Shown piece by piece: positions 1 to 9,062 of a stretch of 64,000 nucleotides of DNA. The notes beneath the pieces were generated by a model, which searched no databases, was not told the DNA's origin, and saw only the letters and a program-made list of their open reading frames with translations. The stretch comes from an uncultured Candidatus Saccharibacteria bacterium (GTDB lineage: Bacteria > Patescibacteriota > Minisyncoccia > Phycocordibacterales > PALSA-1337): NCBI GenBank assembly GCA_964459225.1, contig CAYWKB010000002.1, positions 2,016-66,015 on the forward strand. Direction: 5' to 3'. How positions within the stretch are numbered: the stretch's first letter is position 1; every line of letters begins with the position of its first letter. A program made the translations under genes and the position numbers.

Positions 1-14
1 TGTAAAATACCTGT

Positions 15-620
15 ATGGATTCAATTTCTAGACTTACTGAATACTTCAGAGAATTCCCAGGTATAGGCCCAAGACAAGCAAAGAGATTTGTATATTTTTT
101 ACTTACCAAAAATCCAGCATATTTGGATGAGATTTCAAAACTAATTTTAGAAATTAAAAAAAGCATTAGAATATGCTCATTATGTTTTAGATTTCATCAA
201 GGGAATGAGGGGCTGTGTAGTATATGCAATGATAAAGGAAGAAATCAAAATATATTGATGATAGTTTCAAGAGATGTTGATCTGGAAACAATTGAAAAAA
301 GTAAATTTTACGATGGTTATTATTTTATCTTAGGAGGAAATATACCGATCTTAGAAAAAGAACCAAATAAAAAAGTTAGAATTAATGAATTGATGGAAAG
401 ATTAAATAAAGGAAATTTTAAGGAAATAATAATATCTTTGAATGCAAATGCTGAGGGAGATTATACATCACATTATATTTCTGATTTAATTAAAAATAAA
501 TATAGTGAATCAAATTACACAATATCTACATTAGGACGCGGTCTTTCAACGGGCACAGAGCTCGAATACTCAGATTCAGATACCATTAAGAATGCTTTGA
601 AGCATAGAGAGAGGGTTTAA
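15..620 (+). CDS. recR: Recombination protein RecR (HhH, C4 zinc finger CxxC...CxxC, Toprim)
   Basis: The ORF translation has the RecR HhH N-terminus (LPGIGPRQAKR), the Cys4 motif (CSLC...CSIC) and a Toprim-like C-terminal half. Confidence 0.85.
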   Translation: MDSISRLTEYFREFPGIGPRQAKRFVYFLLTKNPAYLDEISKLILEIKKSIRICSLCFRFHQGNEGLCSICNDKGRNQNILMIVSRDVDLETIEKSKFYDGYYFILGGNIPILEKEPNKKVRINELMERLNKGNFKEIIISLNANAEGDYTSHYISDLIKNKYSESNYTISTLGRGLSTGTELEYSDSDTIKNALKHRERV

Positions 621-1864
621 TCAACAAAAGTCAAAGCTTTTCCCTTTTTATTTGCTCTACCTGTTCTTCCTATTCTATGAACATAGTCATCATAAGTTGC
701 TGGTATGTCAAAGTTTATAACATGACTTACATCAGGTATATCAAGTCCGCGAGCCGCAACATCAGTTGCCACCAATATTTGAACAGTATTTTCCTTAAAG
801 CCTTTTAATGCTCTTTGTCTTTGTCCATGATTTTTGTCTCCATGTATTGATTCTGCTTTAAATCCTTTTGCAATAAGTGCCTTTGAAAGCTTTTCTACAC
901 CATGCTTTGTTCTTCCGAAAATAATAACTTTATTAAAATCTTCTTTTGCAAGTAATTCGCCTAAAACATCTATTTTACTTAATCCACGAGCAACACGAAC
1001 TATATCTTGTTCTACATTTTTTGATGTATCTCTTGTTTTTACAGATATTCTCACTGGTTCATTTAGGAATTCTCCTATCATTTTTTCTATTTCTGGTGAA
1101 AGTGTAGCTGAGAAAAATAGTGTATGTCTTGGTTTTGGCATTCCCGCCATCAAAAATCTCATATCATTCACGAATCCCATATCAAGCATTCTATCTGCTT
1201 CATCGAGTACTATTGTTCCAAATTGCTTTAGTGAAATTGCTTTTCTTTCTATTAAATCCTTTAAACGTCCAGGTGTTCCTATTATAAATTCATTTACATA
1301 TCTTAATTCAGATAATTGCTTGCCAATATAAGCACCTCCAACACAACAAACTGAATATATCTTCATGTCTTTTGTGAACCCTTTTAATTCATCTTGAATT
1401 TGTATTGCAAGTTCACGTGTTGGTACAACGATTAATATTCTGTTATTTCTATTTTTCAAAACTTTATCTATAAGAGGAATAAGGAATGCTGCTGTCTTAC
1501 CTGTTCCTGTATTTGCTATACCAACAATATCTTGTCCCTTCAATATATGAGGAATTGATCTGTCTTGTATTGGAGTAGGTGAAATGTAACCCTTTGCCAC
1601 AATTCCTGCCTTTAACTTTTCATCAATTTGGAAATCTGTGAATTTATGTTCAGGAATAAAATGCTCAACTTCTTCTGTTATAGTTGCTTTATTTATAAAT
1701 CTTGCATGAGAAATATTTTCTCCTTGTGGGCCTCTGTTTCTTGTTCTGTTGTTTTTACTAAATCTACTAGTTGGTCTATTACCGAATCTACCAAAAGGCT
1801 TAGCATGTGCCTTATTGCCTCTAAAATGAGGTTTAGCGCCGTTATTTGAATGATTATTATACAT
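617..1864 (-). CDS. DEAD-box ATP-dependent RNA helicase
   Basis: Q motif (PTPIQ), motif I (GTGKTAAF), DEAD, SAT and HRIGRTGR are all present. There is an RG/N-rich N-terminal extension of about 60 aa, and the protein ends right after motif VI. Confidence 0.9.
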   Translation of the reverse strand: MYNNHSNNGAKPHFRGNKAHAKPFGRFGNRPTSRFSKNNRTRNRGPQGENISHARFINKATITEEVEHFIPEHKFTDFQIDEKLKAGIVAKGYISPTPIQDRSIPHILKGQDIVGIANTGTGKTAAFLIPLIDKVLKNRNNRILIVVPTRELAIQIQDELKGFTKDMKIYSVCCVGGAYIGKQLSELRYVNEFIIGTPGRLKDLIERKAISLKQFGTIVLDEADRMLDMGFVNDMRFLMAGMPKPRHTLFFSATLSPEIEKMIGEFLNEPVRISVKTRDTSKNVEQDIVRVARGLSKIDVLGELLAKEDFNKVIIFGRTKHGVEKLSKALIAKGFKAESIHGDKNHGQRQRALKGFKENTVQILVATDVAARGLDIPDVSHVINFDIPATYDDYVHRIGRTGRANKKGKALTFVD

Positions 1865-1980
1865 ATATTATTTATCACACAATATATTATTTTGCGATAT
1901 TTGTCAATGTTTTATATGTATTTAGCATACTGTTGATATTATTTATAAAAATAAAAATATTAGATGTTATAATTAAATGC

Positions 1981-2667
1981 ATGAATCTTATTTATGCTCT
2001 TTTGGCTGGAGTACTACCAACATTGCTATGGTTATGGTTTTGGCTTAGAGAAGATAATTTACATCCTGAACCGAAGTCTGTAATAGCTGTTTCATTTATC
2101 CTAGGTATTGCTGTTGTACCACTTGCTGTAGTTGTAGAACAATTTGTTGGCAATTTGATTAGAGATGAATCATATAGATACATAGCATGGGCTGCTGTAG
2201 AGGAGCTTTGTAAGGTATTTGCAGTTTTACTTATAATATTAAAATCTAAAAATGTAGATGAGCCAATTGATATTATGATTTATTGTATTACTGTTGCCTT
2301 AGGATTTGCCGCACTCGAAAATACACTCTTTATACTATCCCCCATTCAAAATGGTGAAATTGCAAAAGGCATAATAACTGGAAATATGAGATTTATAGGT
2401 GCAACACTAGTACATGTTGTAAGTTCAGCGATTATTGGCTTTACTCTTGGACTTACATTTTTCAAAAAGGATTATTTAAAAGCAATTTCAGGAATATTTG
2501 GAGTTATCCTCGCTATCGTATTGCATGCTTCATTTAATTTGTCTATAATTAATGAAACGGTAACGAATACGCTAAAAGTTTTTGGATTTGTATGGCTTGC
2601 TGTAGTTATACTAATCATTCTTTTTGAAGAAATTAAAGGTATTAATAATAAACATAGCACATCATAA
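1981..2667 (+). CDS. PrsW-family intramembrane protease-like membrane protein (ORF track 1846..2667; ATG at 1981 is the likely start, since 1846 would overlap the helicase)
   Basis: Multi-TM protein with EELCK (EExxK), FAALEN (FxxxE) and HVVSSA (HxxxS/N) motifs typical of PrsW/CAAX-like proteases. Confidence 0.55.
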   Translation: MNLIYALLAGVLPTLLWLWFWLREDNLHPEPKSVIAVSFILGIAVVPLAVVVEQFVGNLIRDESYRYIAWAAVEELCKVFAVLLIILKSKNVDEPIDIMIYCITVALGFAALENTLFILSPIQNGEIAKGIITGNMRFIGATLVHVVSSAIIGFTLGLTFFKKDYLKAISGIFGVILAIVLHASFNLSIINETVTNTLKVFGFVWLAVVILIILFEEIKGINNKHSTS

Positions 2668-2669
2668 AC

Positions 2670-3131
2670 ATGGCAAAAGAAAAAAAATCATTTTTTGAAA
2701 GATTGACTGGAACAATAAAGATGAGTGAAGACAAGGAAGAAGCCTTGGATGAATCTTCTGATACAGTTGATGCAATTGATGATTTTGAAGAAGATGAAAA
2801 AGATGGTGAACTAACTGTTGATGTCTATCAGACAGGAGAAATGATAATTATTAAAGCCATGATAGCGGGTGTGAGACCAGAAGACCTAGATATATCAATA
2901 ACTCGCGATATAGTAACTATACATGGTAAACGTGAAGAAGAAAGAACAGCAAAAGAAGACGATTATTTTGTAAAAGAACTTTATTGGGGATCATTTTCTA
3001 GATCTATTAGTTTACCAGAAGAGATAGATGTGGATGAAGCAGAGGCAATTGAAAAGCATGGTCTACTTATTTTAAAACTTCCTAAATTAGATAAGAAAAA
3101 GCAATCAAAGTTAAAGGTTAGAACTGCTTAA
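2670..3131 (+). CDS. Hsp20/alpha-crystallin family small heat shock protein
   Basis: Alpha-crystallin domain pattern (VDVYQTGEMIIIKAMIAGV...ITIHGKREEE...FSRSISLP) with an acidic N-terminus. Confidence 0.8.
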   Translation: MAKEKKSFFERLTGTIKMSEDKEEALDESSDTVDAIDDFEEDEKDGELTVDVYQTGEMIIIKAMIAGVRPEDLDISITRDIVTIHGKREEERTAKEDDYFVKELYWGSFSRSISLPEEIDVDEAEAIEKHGLLILKLPKLDKKKQSKLKVRTA

Positions 3132-3234
3132 TTTGCTATTGAGCAATACTTTATCGTAGGTATTGCTTTTTCCCTCTATTTATGTTATGGTTTTCCGTGG
3201 AAAGGACAATCCCATGAAGGGGTTGAATAATTGA

Positions 3235-3684
3235 ATGGAAGAAATAGTGCCAATAATGGTTGTTTTAATCGACAACGATGATGGTGTAGGATTTGCCATC
3301 GAAGCAATATTCAAGACGCTTCTAAGTGATCTTGATATATTTTTGATCAAGTACAAGAGCATGTCTGAGGCAAGACAAGTGCTTGATTTGAGGATTCCAC
3401 CCGATGCTATTATCTGGGATGGACATATTACTGACGGCATTACCACAGATAAGATCGGGGACGAGGGATCACTTATCGAGATCGCTTGCGAACAGTTCCC
3501 TGAATGTCTCATGATCGCATTTTCAAGTGATCCTGAGATACATCAAAAGCAGAGAGAGTATGGTTGCACATTGAGCTTCAGTAAGCCAATGAATTTCAAG
3601 TTGGTGATAGATACAATTAGGAGCCTCGCTCAGTCGACTGTATTGACAGAACAGGACATACCTAAAGCACAAGCAGTTGCGTGA
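3235..3684 (+). CDS. Stand-alone response-regulator receiver (REC/CheY-like) domain protein; first gene of the GC-elevated island
   Basis: LIDNDDG (acidic pocket), IIWDGH (phospho-acceptor Asp), AFSSD (T/S87 position) and SFSKP (conserved Lys) match the CheY fold. There is no output domain. GC is clearly higher than in the flanks. Confidence 0.55.
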   Translation: MEEIVPIMVVLIDNDDGVGFAIEAIFKTLLSDLDIFLIKYKSMSEARQVLDLRIPPDAIIWDGHITDGITTDKIGDEGSLIEIACEQFPECLMIAFSSDPEIHQKQREYGCTLSFSKPMNFKLVIDTIRSLAQSTVLTEQDIPKAQAVA

Positions 3685-3710
3685 CAGTTTGGTTACGCAC
3701 AAAAATCTAA

Positions 3711-3762
3711 GAACTCACCCACCCGTGTAGAAAACACGAGGTGGGTGGTTTTGTTTTTATAC
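3711..3762 (+). terminator. GC-rich hairpin plus T-run terminator, copy 1 of a repeated element (near-identical to 8261-8312)
   Basis: gaactcacccacccgtgtagaaaacacgaggtgggtggttttgtttttatac, with stem cacccacc/ggtgggtg followed by TTTTGTTTTT, immediately after the REC gene stop. Confidence 0.7.
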
Positions 3763-3959
3763 TAATCATCAAATGAAATCGGGGGTGTAGCCCAACTTTT
3801 CTTTGCGGACCGATCATACTCATCAATATCCAAATTTCTTGGTGTGGATGATTCAGGTCTCACTTGATTGTCAGGTAGTGCAACTTCACTTGACCGTAAT
3901 TCAAAATCAGCTGGAGTGAAGTATTTGAAATAATTTGAGTATTGTTTTGTGTCTACCAT
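3762..3959 (-). CDS. Hypothetical small protein (65 aa)
   Basis: The only evidence is an open frame in a GC-elevated region. No motif was recognised. Confidence 0.25.
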   Translation of the reverse strand: MVDTKQYSNYFKYFTPADFELRSSEVALPDNQVRPESSTPRNLDIDEYDRSAKKSWATPPISFDD

Positions 3960-4061
3960 AATTTATCTCCATTGTTCAGCTACTATTCAAATTATATATC
4001 ACAAATAATCTCACATCAAATTTTGATTAAAATATTGAAGTACTGAACCCCGCAACACACA

Positions 4062-4089
4062 AACGGGCAGATGCATGCATCTGCCCGTT
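4062..4089. terminator. Perfect GC-rich palindrome (bidirectional terminator-like)
   Basis: aacgggcagatgcatgcatctgcccgtt is a perfect palindrome lying just downstream of the minus-strand ORF 4105..4338. Confidence 0.6.
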
Positions 4090-4104
4090 CTGGTTTTTAA
4101 TTGG

Positions 4105-4522
4105 TTACTTTCCCCTTAAGACTTTTATAACCCATCGTATTCGATTTCCAAATAAATACCTGTCAACAATCTGACAAGTGTCACTGATTTCCCTAGCGAC
4201 GGTAGGAACGGCACAACAATCTGTTTGATGAGCACGTTCATGAGCATTCCTGATGAAAAATCCATTACTGAGAATACCTTGTGCAGTTTCTCTGGATCTT
4301 CCGATCTCAGCCATCAATTCATTACCGTTGATTCGCATAACATGCTTTCAGTGTTAGTTTTGAAACTTCCCTCCTGATAAGTTCATCATCGACACAAGCT
4401 CTGACTCTTGATCCTCCAGTGTTGTTTCTTTGTCTGATGGTATTGTGCCCTCTCAGACTGATTGGTTTCTCTCCTGGTAGAACATCATATGTCCTACCAT
4501 CACTGAACTTTTCATTTTTCAT
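4105..4522 (-). pseudogene. Two overlapping minus-strand ORFs (4322..4522 and 4105..4338) in different frames. This is probably one frameshifted gene of about 139 aa, function unknown.
   Basis: Two adjacent ORFs on the same strand overlap by 17 nt in different frames, and a terminator palindrome follows downstream. An HNH-like assignment was considered but not supported. Confidence 0.3.
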
Positions 4523-4644
4523 TTTTGTCCTTTTTTGGTTCTCTTTCGATATGAGACAACTTTCACAAAAAATAACTGCTGTACTTCATATTATCACAAA
4601 AGTTATTTTTATTTAATTTTTTACTATAAATATCTTATATATTT

Positions 4645-4674
4645 AAAGAGGGTGCCATTCTGGACACCCTCTTT
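4645..4674. terminator. Hairpin terminator directly after the stop of ORF 4678..4959
   Basis: aaagagggtg-ccattctgga-caccctcttt, a 10-bp stem. Confidence 0.55.
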
Positions 4675-4677
4675 GAT

Positions 4678-4959
4678 TTAACGAAATTCAACCATTAGCA
4701 ATCCCTTCCTAAAAAGGAATTCGAACTCTAGGCACGCTAACCTTTCCTCGTCAAAAACGAGCCCACCTACCTTATGGAAATTGAATGATTCACCAAGCTG
4801 ATTTTCCAGTAGGGTTATCTTTTGTGATACAGACTCGGCATTTGAGCTCCTATACGTCTCTAGTAGAAAAATGTCGGCATCTGCTCCAAAAGATTTCTTT
4901 TTTTGTGGAAAACCTGCTTGTTCCTGTGGGTCAATTTGTTTAATCATAATTAACCTCAA
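4678..4959 (-). CDS. Hypothetical protein (about 90 aa)
   Basis: Open frame with a terminator hairpin immediately downstream. No motif was recognised. Confidence 0.35.
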   Translation of the reverse strand: MRLIMIKQIDPQEQAGFPQKKKSFGADADIFLLETYRSSNAESVSQKITLLENQLGESFNFHKVGGLVFDEERLACLEFEFLFRKGLLMVEFR

Positions 4960-4983
4960 GATAAATATTAGTTCTATAAGGCG

Positions 4984-5220
4984 TTAGACACCTCTTGCCG
5001 AGCGGAGTTCACGCAACATTTGAGGATTCGTGACACACAGTTTATTTGCGATTTTATCTTGTTCTTGATTTAGTGATTCTAGTTCCTGACTTTCTTCAGC
5101 GGTAAGATTACGTGTGCGATTTATTGTTAAAAGAGCTAATCGCCTTTCATTTCCTTTTTTATTTGACGATGGATTTTTCATTTTAGTTTTTTGTTTTATC
5201 GGTCTGAAAGTAGTATACAT
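4984..5220 (-). CDS. Hypothetical small basic/coiled-coil protein (65-78 aa)
   Basis: Open frame 24 nt upstream of the previous ORF on the same strand. Lys/Arg-rich N-terminus. No confident family assignment. Confidence 0.35.
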   Translation of the reverse strand: MYTTFRPIKQKTKMKNPSSNKKGNERRLALLTINRTRNLTAEESQELESLNQEQDKIANKLCVTNPQMLRELRSARGV

Positions 5221-5286
5221 AATAGATAAATAACGTACAAGAAGGAATAATTCTAGATCAATTAATTTTATGTAACATGGTTGAAT

Positions 5287-6576
5287 TTATCTTAGTGATT
5301 CTAATTGAAATTTTGCAACTCTACTTATAGATAATATATCACTTTGTGAAAGTATCCCTAAGGCCTCTTTCATTTGACCAATTGACTTCTCTCCGAGTCC
5401 AGTCTGACGAGCACCATTCCCAATAGTATCAACAATACGCAACAACTGTTCTTCACTAAATTGTTCTAAGTATCCATTGGGACGATTAATGACAATACCT
5501 GTACGTTGGCGAGCATCCCCATTTAACAAGTATTCTTGTACTATAACATCTGCATTACTATGAGAGAGCTTTGTATACAACTCCAACCAATCATAGAAAA
5601 GATCAGGAGATGAGGTCTTGGGTTCATGTTCTGCAATATATTTCTTCAAATTATCTCTTGTTACATCCTCCATCACCGCAACCTTAATTAATTCATAAAA
5701 CTTAGCATTAATAGCCTCATCTCTAATCTCATTTTCAGTAATATTTAAATGTTCAAGCAATTTAGGAAGTAACACCTTTTGAGCTTCAATGTCTGCTAGT
5801 GAAGCTTCTATCCACACACCAACTATTTCATCATGATCTAGCACACTTTTACCCTCGGTATACTGAGCATTAATCAGATCCATGATTTGACCCAATTCCC
5901 CTGTTGGTAGTAATGAAGGTAATCTAATTAAAGCATATCTACTGAGTTCACTATCTGAACTCAATGTGGTCTTTTTGTAAAGATTCTGAATCTTAACTGT
6001 CTCACGACCAATGAATGCTAAGTCACTTTCCGATGAATTATTTGCAGCTGAATCAATGTAATATGTTGTATATCCCAACAACGAAAGAATTGCCCTTCTG
6101 ACTTCAGGATCAGATTGATTATTGAACTCAATAATCAGCTCATCCGTAAGCTCTATGGGCTGGAGAAGTCTTAGCCAATCTAGAATAAGGATTGCATCAG
6201 CGCGATTACTACGATAAGTATTCCAAAGTGATTCAATCTTTTTGGCTCTATTCAAGCTTGTATTAAGTATCAGTGCTTTTATGGCGTTATCGAGTTTTCC
6301 CCCATTCAAGCTGATTAATCGATTTACAAACAAAGACACATCTACATTATCTAATTCATTTGAGGGAACCAAATGACCATAATCAAAAGTCTTTTGCTTT
6401 ACATCATCTACTGAAACCGATTTTATATAATCATTAATAAACCACTGACGCACAACCAGCGTTAATGATTGACCATAATTATAGATAAGACAGAAAAATA
6501 TAATTAAAATAACTGCCACCTTACTAATTATCCTGTTATTAGTTTTCATCCCAATGGTTTTATTAGATTCAATCAT
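5287..6576 (-). CDS. Membrane-anchored protein with a large alpha-helical-repeat (HEAT/PBS-lyase-like) ectodomain
   Basis: N-terminal signal anchor (VAVILIIFFCLIY) followed by about 400 aa of repetitive helical segments (for example DPEVRRAILSLLGY). Transcribed divergently from the formyltransferase-like gene. Confidence 0.45.
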   Translation of the reverse strand: MIESNKTIGMKTNNRIISKVAVILIIFFCLIYNYGQSLTLVVRQWFINDYIKSVSVDDVKQKTFDYGHLVPSNELDNVDVSLFVNRLISLNGGKLDNAIKALILNTSLNRAKKIESLWNTYRSNRADAILILDWLRLLQPIELTDELIIEFNNQSDPEVRRAILSLLGYTTYYIDSAANNSSESDLAFIGRETVKIQNLYKKTTLSSDSELSRYALIRLPSLLPTGELGQIMDLINAQYTEGKSVLDHDEIVGVWIEASLADIEAQKVLLPKLLEHLNITENEIRDEAINAKFYELIKVAVMEDVTRDNLKKYIAEHEPKTSSPDLFYDWLELYTKLSHSNADVIVQEYLLNGDARQRTGIVINRPNGYLEQFSEEQLLRIVDTIGNGARQTGLGEKSIGQMKEALGILSQSDILSISRVAKFQLESLR

Positions 6577-6679
6577 TAGTGTATTTTATCATGCATTGTG
6601 AAGTTATAGTTGCACCTATAATCAAAACTCGATGTTATGTTGTGTAATATATTATTAAAATGTAATATATATTAATAAT

Positions 6680-7513
6680 ATGAAATTTGTATTTTGTGGA
6701 TTTGACTTCTTCATATCAACTTTTGAAACTTTTATTTCTAATGGTTATATTCCTCTTGCAGTATTTTGCCATAAAGTGGATGGTATATATAATTCTTCAT
6801 CAACAATTAAATCACGTTGTAGTGAACTTGGAATTCCTTTTTACGAAAGAAATATGACAGAAGTTGACGTAAACTTTTTTCATACGATGAATTGTGAAAT
6901 AATAATTTCTGCGGCATTTGCATATCGCCTCCCTGCTGAAGCCATAGACAGTGCTGGAATTATGGGTATAAATATACACCCCACAATACTACCGAAAGGT
7001 CGTGGTCCATGGCCACTTCCACATATAATTTTAAAAAGAGAAATAGAAAGTGGAGTTACATTACATAAATTAGCTCATAAATTTGATACAGGAGATATAC
7101 TTCTAACTCGTGAATTTCCACTTTCAAAAAATGAAAATCTTGAATCACTATCATTCAAGGTGCGCAATTGTGCAGTTACTATAATTAAGTTGTTTTTACA
7201 AAATCCCAAGGAAACTTTCAGGAAAGCAATACCTCAATCATCTGGAACATACTGGGCAATGCCCACAGAAGTTGAACGGACGTTAGATTGGAATTTAGAC
7301 GTTGACCACCTTGACCGCATCATAAGAGCTTTTGGTAATTTTGAATCATATGCTTTTTTTGATAACAAAAATTGGCTTGTACAGGATGGAAATGTCTGGC
7401 CAGAAAAACATAGTTATATCCCAGGTACAGTTGTCGAACGCACAAATCGTGAGGTAATGATAGCAGCTAGTGATGGATTTGTTTGTCTACGTAGATTTAA
7501 GGAAGACAAGTAA
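6680..7513 (+). CDS. Formyltransferase-family protein (Fmt/PurN-like N-terminal catalytic domain plus a Fmt-like C-terminal domain)
   Basis: GINIHPTILPKGRGPWP matches the formyltransferase N...H...SLLP..RG catalytic signature, and a downstream Asp (FDTGDIL) fits the third catalytic residue. An AT-rich promoter region lies upstream. Confidence 0.6.
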   Translation: MKFVFCGFDFFISTFETFISNGYIPLAVFCHKVDGIYNSSSTIKSRCSELGIPFYERNMTEVDVNFFHTMNCEIIISAAFAYRLPAEAIDSAGIMGINIHPTILPKGRGPWPLPHIILKREIESGVTLHKLAHKFDTGDILLTREFPLSKNENLESLSFKVRNCAVTIIKLFLQNPKETFRKAIPQSSGTYWAMPTEVERTLDWNLDVDHLDRIIRAFGNFESYAFFDNKNWLVQDGNVWPEKHSYIPGTVVERTNREVMIAASDGFVCLRRFKEDK

Positions 7514-7574
7514 GCAACTAATGTTATAATATAAATAGACTCACCAAACACGCACACAAAAGAAAGAGTTAGTT

Positions 7575-7930
7575 ATGGAAAATGAACAATTCAAAGAACA
7601 TATCTTGTCTGAGTATGGTAAAGACATATTGTCGCAATTTGAAAACCACCCCAAGCATAATGGTAAATTGAGCTTTTCAGATGCTCTAAATCTGCTTGAT
7701 GAGATCATATCACCTGTTGCGGTTTACCCAAGTTTTGGCCGGACAAATTCAAGATCAGAAGATGGTTATTTCAAATTTAAATTTGATGAAGGTGGCCGTT
7801 TAATCCATCAAAGAAATCCGTAGAGGAACTTGAACGTCTCAAGGCTCTAAATCAAAAGTTGCAAGACACAGCACGACTTGCGGATCGACACCCGATTAAA
7901 GGCTATAACTTTCCTTTCCACAAAAAGTGA
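7575..7930 (+). pseudogene. Small gene with an apparent -1 frameshift. ORF 7575..7823 continues in another frame (from about 7790) to a TGA at 7928-7930, ending at a strong terminator.
   Basis: The second frame reads ...EELERLKALNQKLQDTARLADRHPIKGYNFPFHKK* and overlaps the first by about 34 nt. The terminator hairpin at 7946-7976 follows the second frame, not the first stop. Confidence 0.35.
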
Positions 7931-7945
7931 CAAAAACAACACATC

Positions 7946-7976
7946 AAAATGCACCCATTTGTATAGGGTGCATTTT
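7946..7976 (+). terminator. Hairpin terminator
   Basis: aaaatgcaccc-atttgtata-gggtgcatttt, an 11-bp perfect stem with flanking T/A runs. Confidence 0.6.
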
Positions 7977-8036
7977 CCTATTTAGAGTTTTGGATCTTCA
8001 ATTGATATATGTTAACATAACACTGGAGTTTCTTAT

Positions 8037-8228
8037 ATGTCAAAAACTACTGACAAATCAGCACCCCTAATAATCCTGCGACAGCCACCATCTGAATGGC
8101 GCATGAAGCTTCGGAGTTATATAAGTGAAATATCTAAATCATTCAATGCTTCAAATTTAAACAACGATCCAATCGTCGGTCCTAGACCAGGTACTAAGAA
8201 GTCGAGATACCACCCAACCACTAAATAA
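8037..8228 (+). CDS. Hypothetical small basic protein (63 aa)
   Basis: Open frame followed by copy 2 of the repeated terminator. Confidence 0.3.
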   Translation: MSKTTDKSAPLIILRQPPSEWRMKLRSYISEISKSFNASNLNNDPIVGPRPGTKKSRYHPTTK

Positions 8229-8260
8229 TTTTATTGATGTTAGGCTCAACAGATAGTATC

Positions 8261-8312
8261 GAACTCACCCACCCGTTTAGAAAGCACGAGGTGGGTGGTT
8301 TTGTTTTTATAC
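8261..8312 (+). terminator. Copy 2 of the repeated GC-rich terminator (50/52 identical to 3711-3762)
   Basis: gaactcacccacccgtttagaaagcacgaggtgggtggttttgtttttatac. Confidence 0.7.
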
Positions 8313-8314
8313 AC

Positions 8315-8360
8315 AAAACCCGCCTACGATTTCGACGTAGTGCGGGCTATGAGTTAATTG
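8315..8360 (-). terminator. Second repeated terminator family, copy 1 (hairpin cccgcctacg...cgtagtgcggg plus a conserved tail)
   Basis: aaaacccgcctacgatttcgacgtagtgcgggctatgagttaattg lies immediately downstream of minus-strand ORF 8380..8979. It is near-identical to 9063-9107. Confidence 0.6.
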
Positions 8361-8379
8361 GTGAATGATTAACCATCGA

Positions 8380-8979
8380 TTATATCACCTCAGTTCCATC
8401 TAACAGTTTCATTACTACTTTTTGTGATTGACCATCAGTCATGATCCCACTATATTTTTTACAACAAGAATCACATAAATGTATTGGGAATACGCTACCC
8501 CATACATTATAAACAGTCATTCTTGTTGCTGGAGCATCACAGTTCTCAATAAAACAGCGATATAGTGACGGATTCTCGGAAATCCCCTTACAAAAGCTAT
8601 AAATGCTATGTGGATTATCCCCGAAAAACCTTTTTGAAAGAGTTTTAATACTCCAACCCTTTGAGACTTTCAAATTAGAAGGGTGAATATATACCACTCT
8701 AGGGCAAGTACGCCATTTATCATCAGCAAGTAATGTGGAGAAGTCCACACTTAATAACATATCCCTATTTTTCGCATCCCACGATTCTACCTGTCTATGT
8801 GTATTGAATAGACCTGCTTTGACTTCACTTCCAAAAAACACAGCGACTTTGCATCCACCTTTATCAGAGATCCCTGAGTGTGGACACACGACATATCCTT
8901 GATATCCAAAAAATAGATTCTTAACCTCTCCACAAACCTCGACAATCGATCCTGCTTGTATTTGATCTAAATTACTCAT
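8380..8979 (-). CDS. Cys-rich hypothetical protein (199 aa; C-terminal HLCDSCCKKY cluster)
   Basis: Open frame with an upstream AT-rich region and 13 Cys residues, including the CDSCC cluster. No recognised family. Confidence 0.45.
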   Translation of the reverse strand: MSNLDQIQAGSIVEVCGEVKNLFFGYQGYVVCPHSGISDKGGCKVAVFFGSEVKAGLFNTHRQVESWDAKNRDMLLSVDFSTLLADDKWRTCPRVVYIHPSNLKVSKGWSIKTLSKRFFGDNPHSIYSFCKGISENPSLYRCFIENCDAPATRMTVYNVWGSVFPIHLCDSCCKKYSGIMTDGQSQKVVMKLLDGTEVI

Positions 8980-9062
8980 GATTAATCCTTTTGTTAGAAC
9001 GCCTACAAATAGATTACACTTTTAGAAAAGTAATGTAAATGTAATTCATATTATAAAAAACA

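Noticed and set aside
834-1331. Plus-strand ORF antisense to the DEAD-box helicase (similarly 1628..1849 and 1693..1878)
   Set aside because: Lies entirely within a well-supported gene on the opposite strand. Low-complexity translation. Spurious.
3130-3240. Direct repeat of the tRNA-Glu 3' end at the left island boundary (attL/attR pair)
   Set aside because: Scanned by eye for ccctacagggaatcgaaccc-like sequence near the GC transition. No convincing match was found. The island boundary on this side remains approximate.
4105-4522. HNH endonuclease assignment for the frameshifted ORF pair
   Set aside because: Only loose resemblance (NAHERAH). There are no paired CxxC motifs or an HNH H-N-H spacing that I could align. 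Left as a hypothetical pseudogene.
8241-8260. GTTAGGC heptamer (integron attC core-site-like) next to the repeated terminators, suggesting integron cassettes
   Set aside because: A single 7-mer is expected by chance several times in 64 kb. No intI, no inverse core site in proper register, and the repeats have terminator-like T-runs. Not supported.
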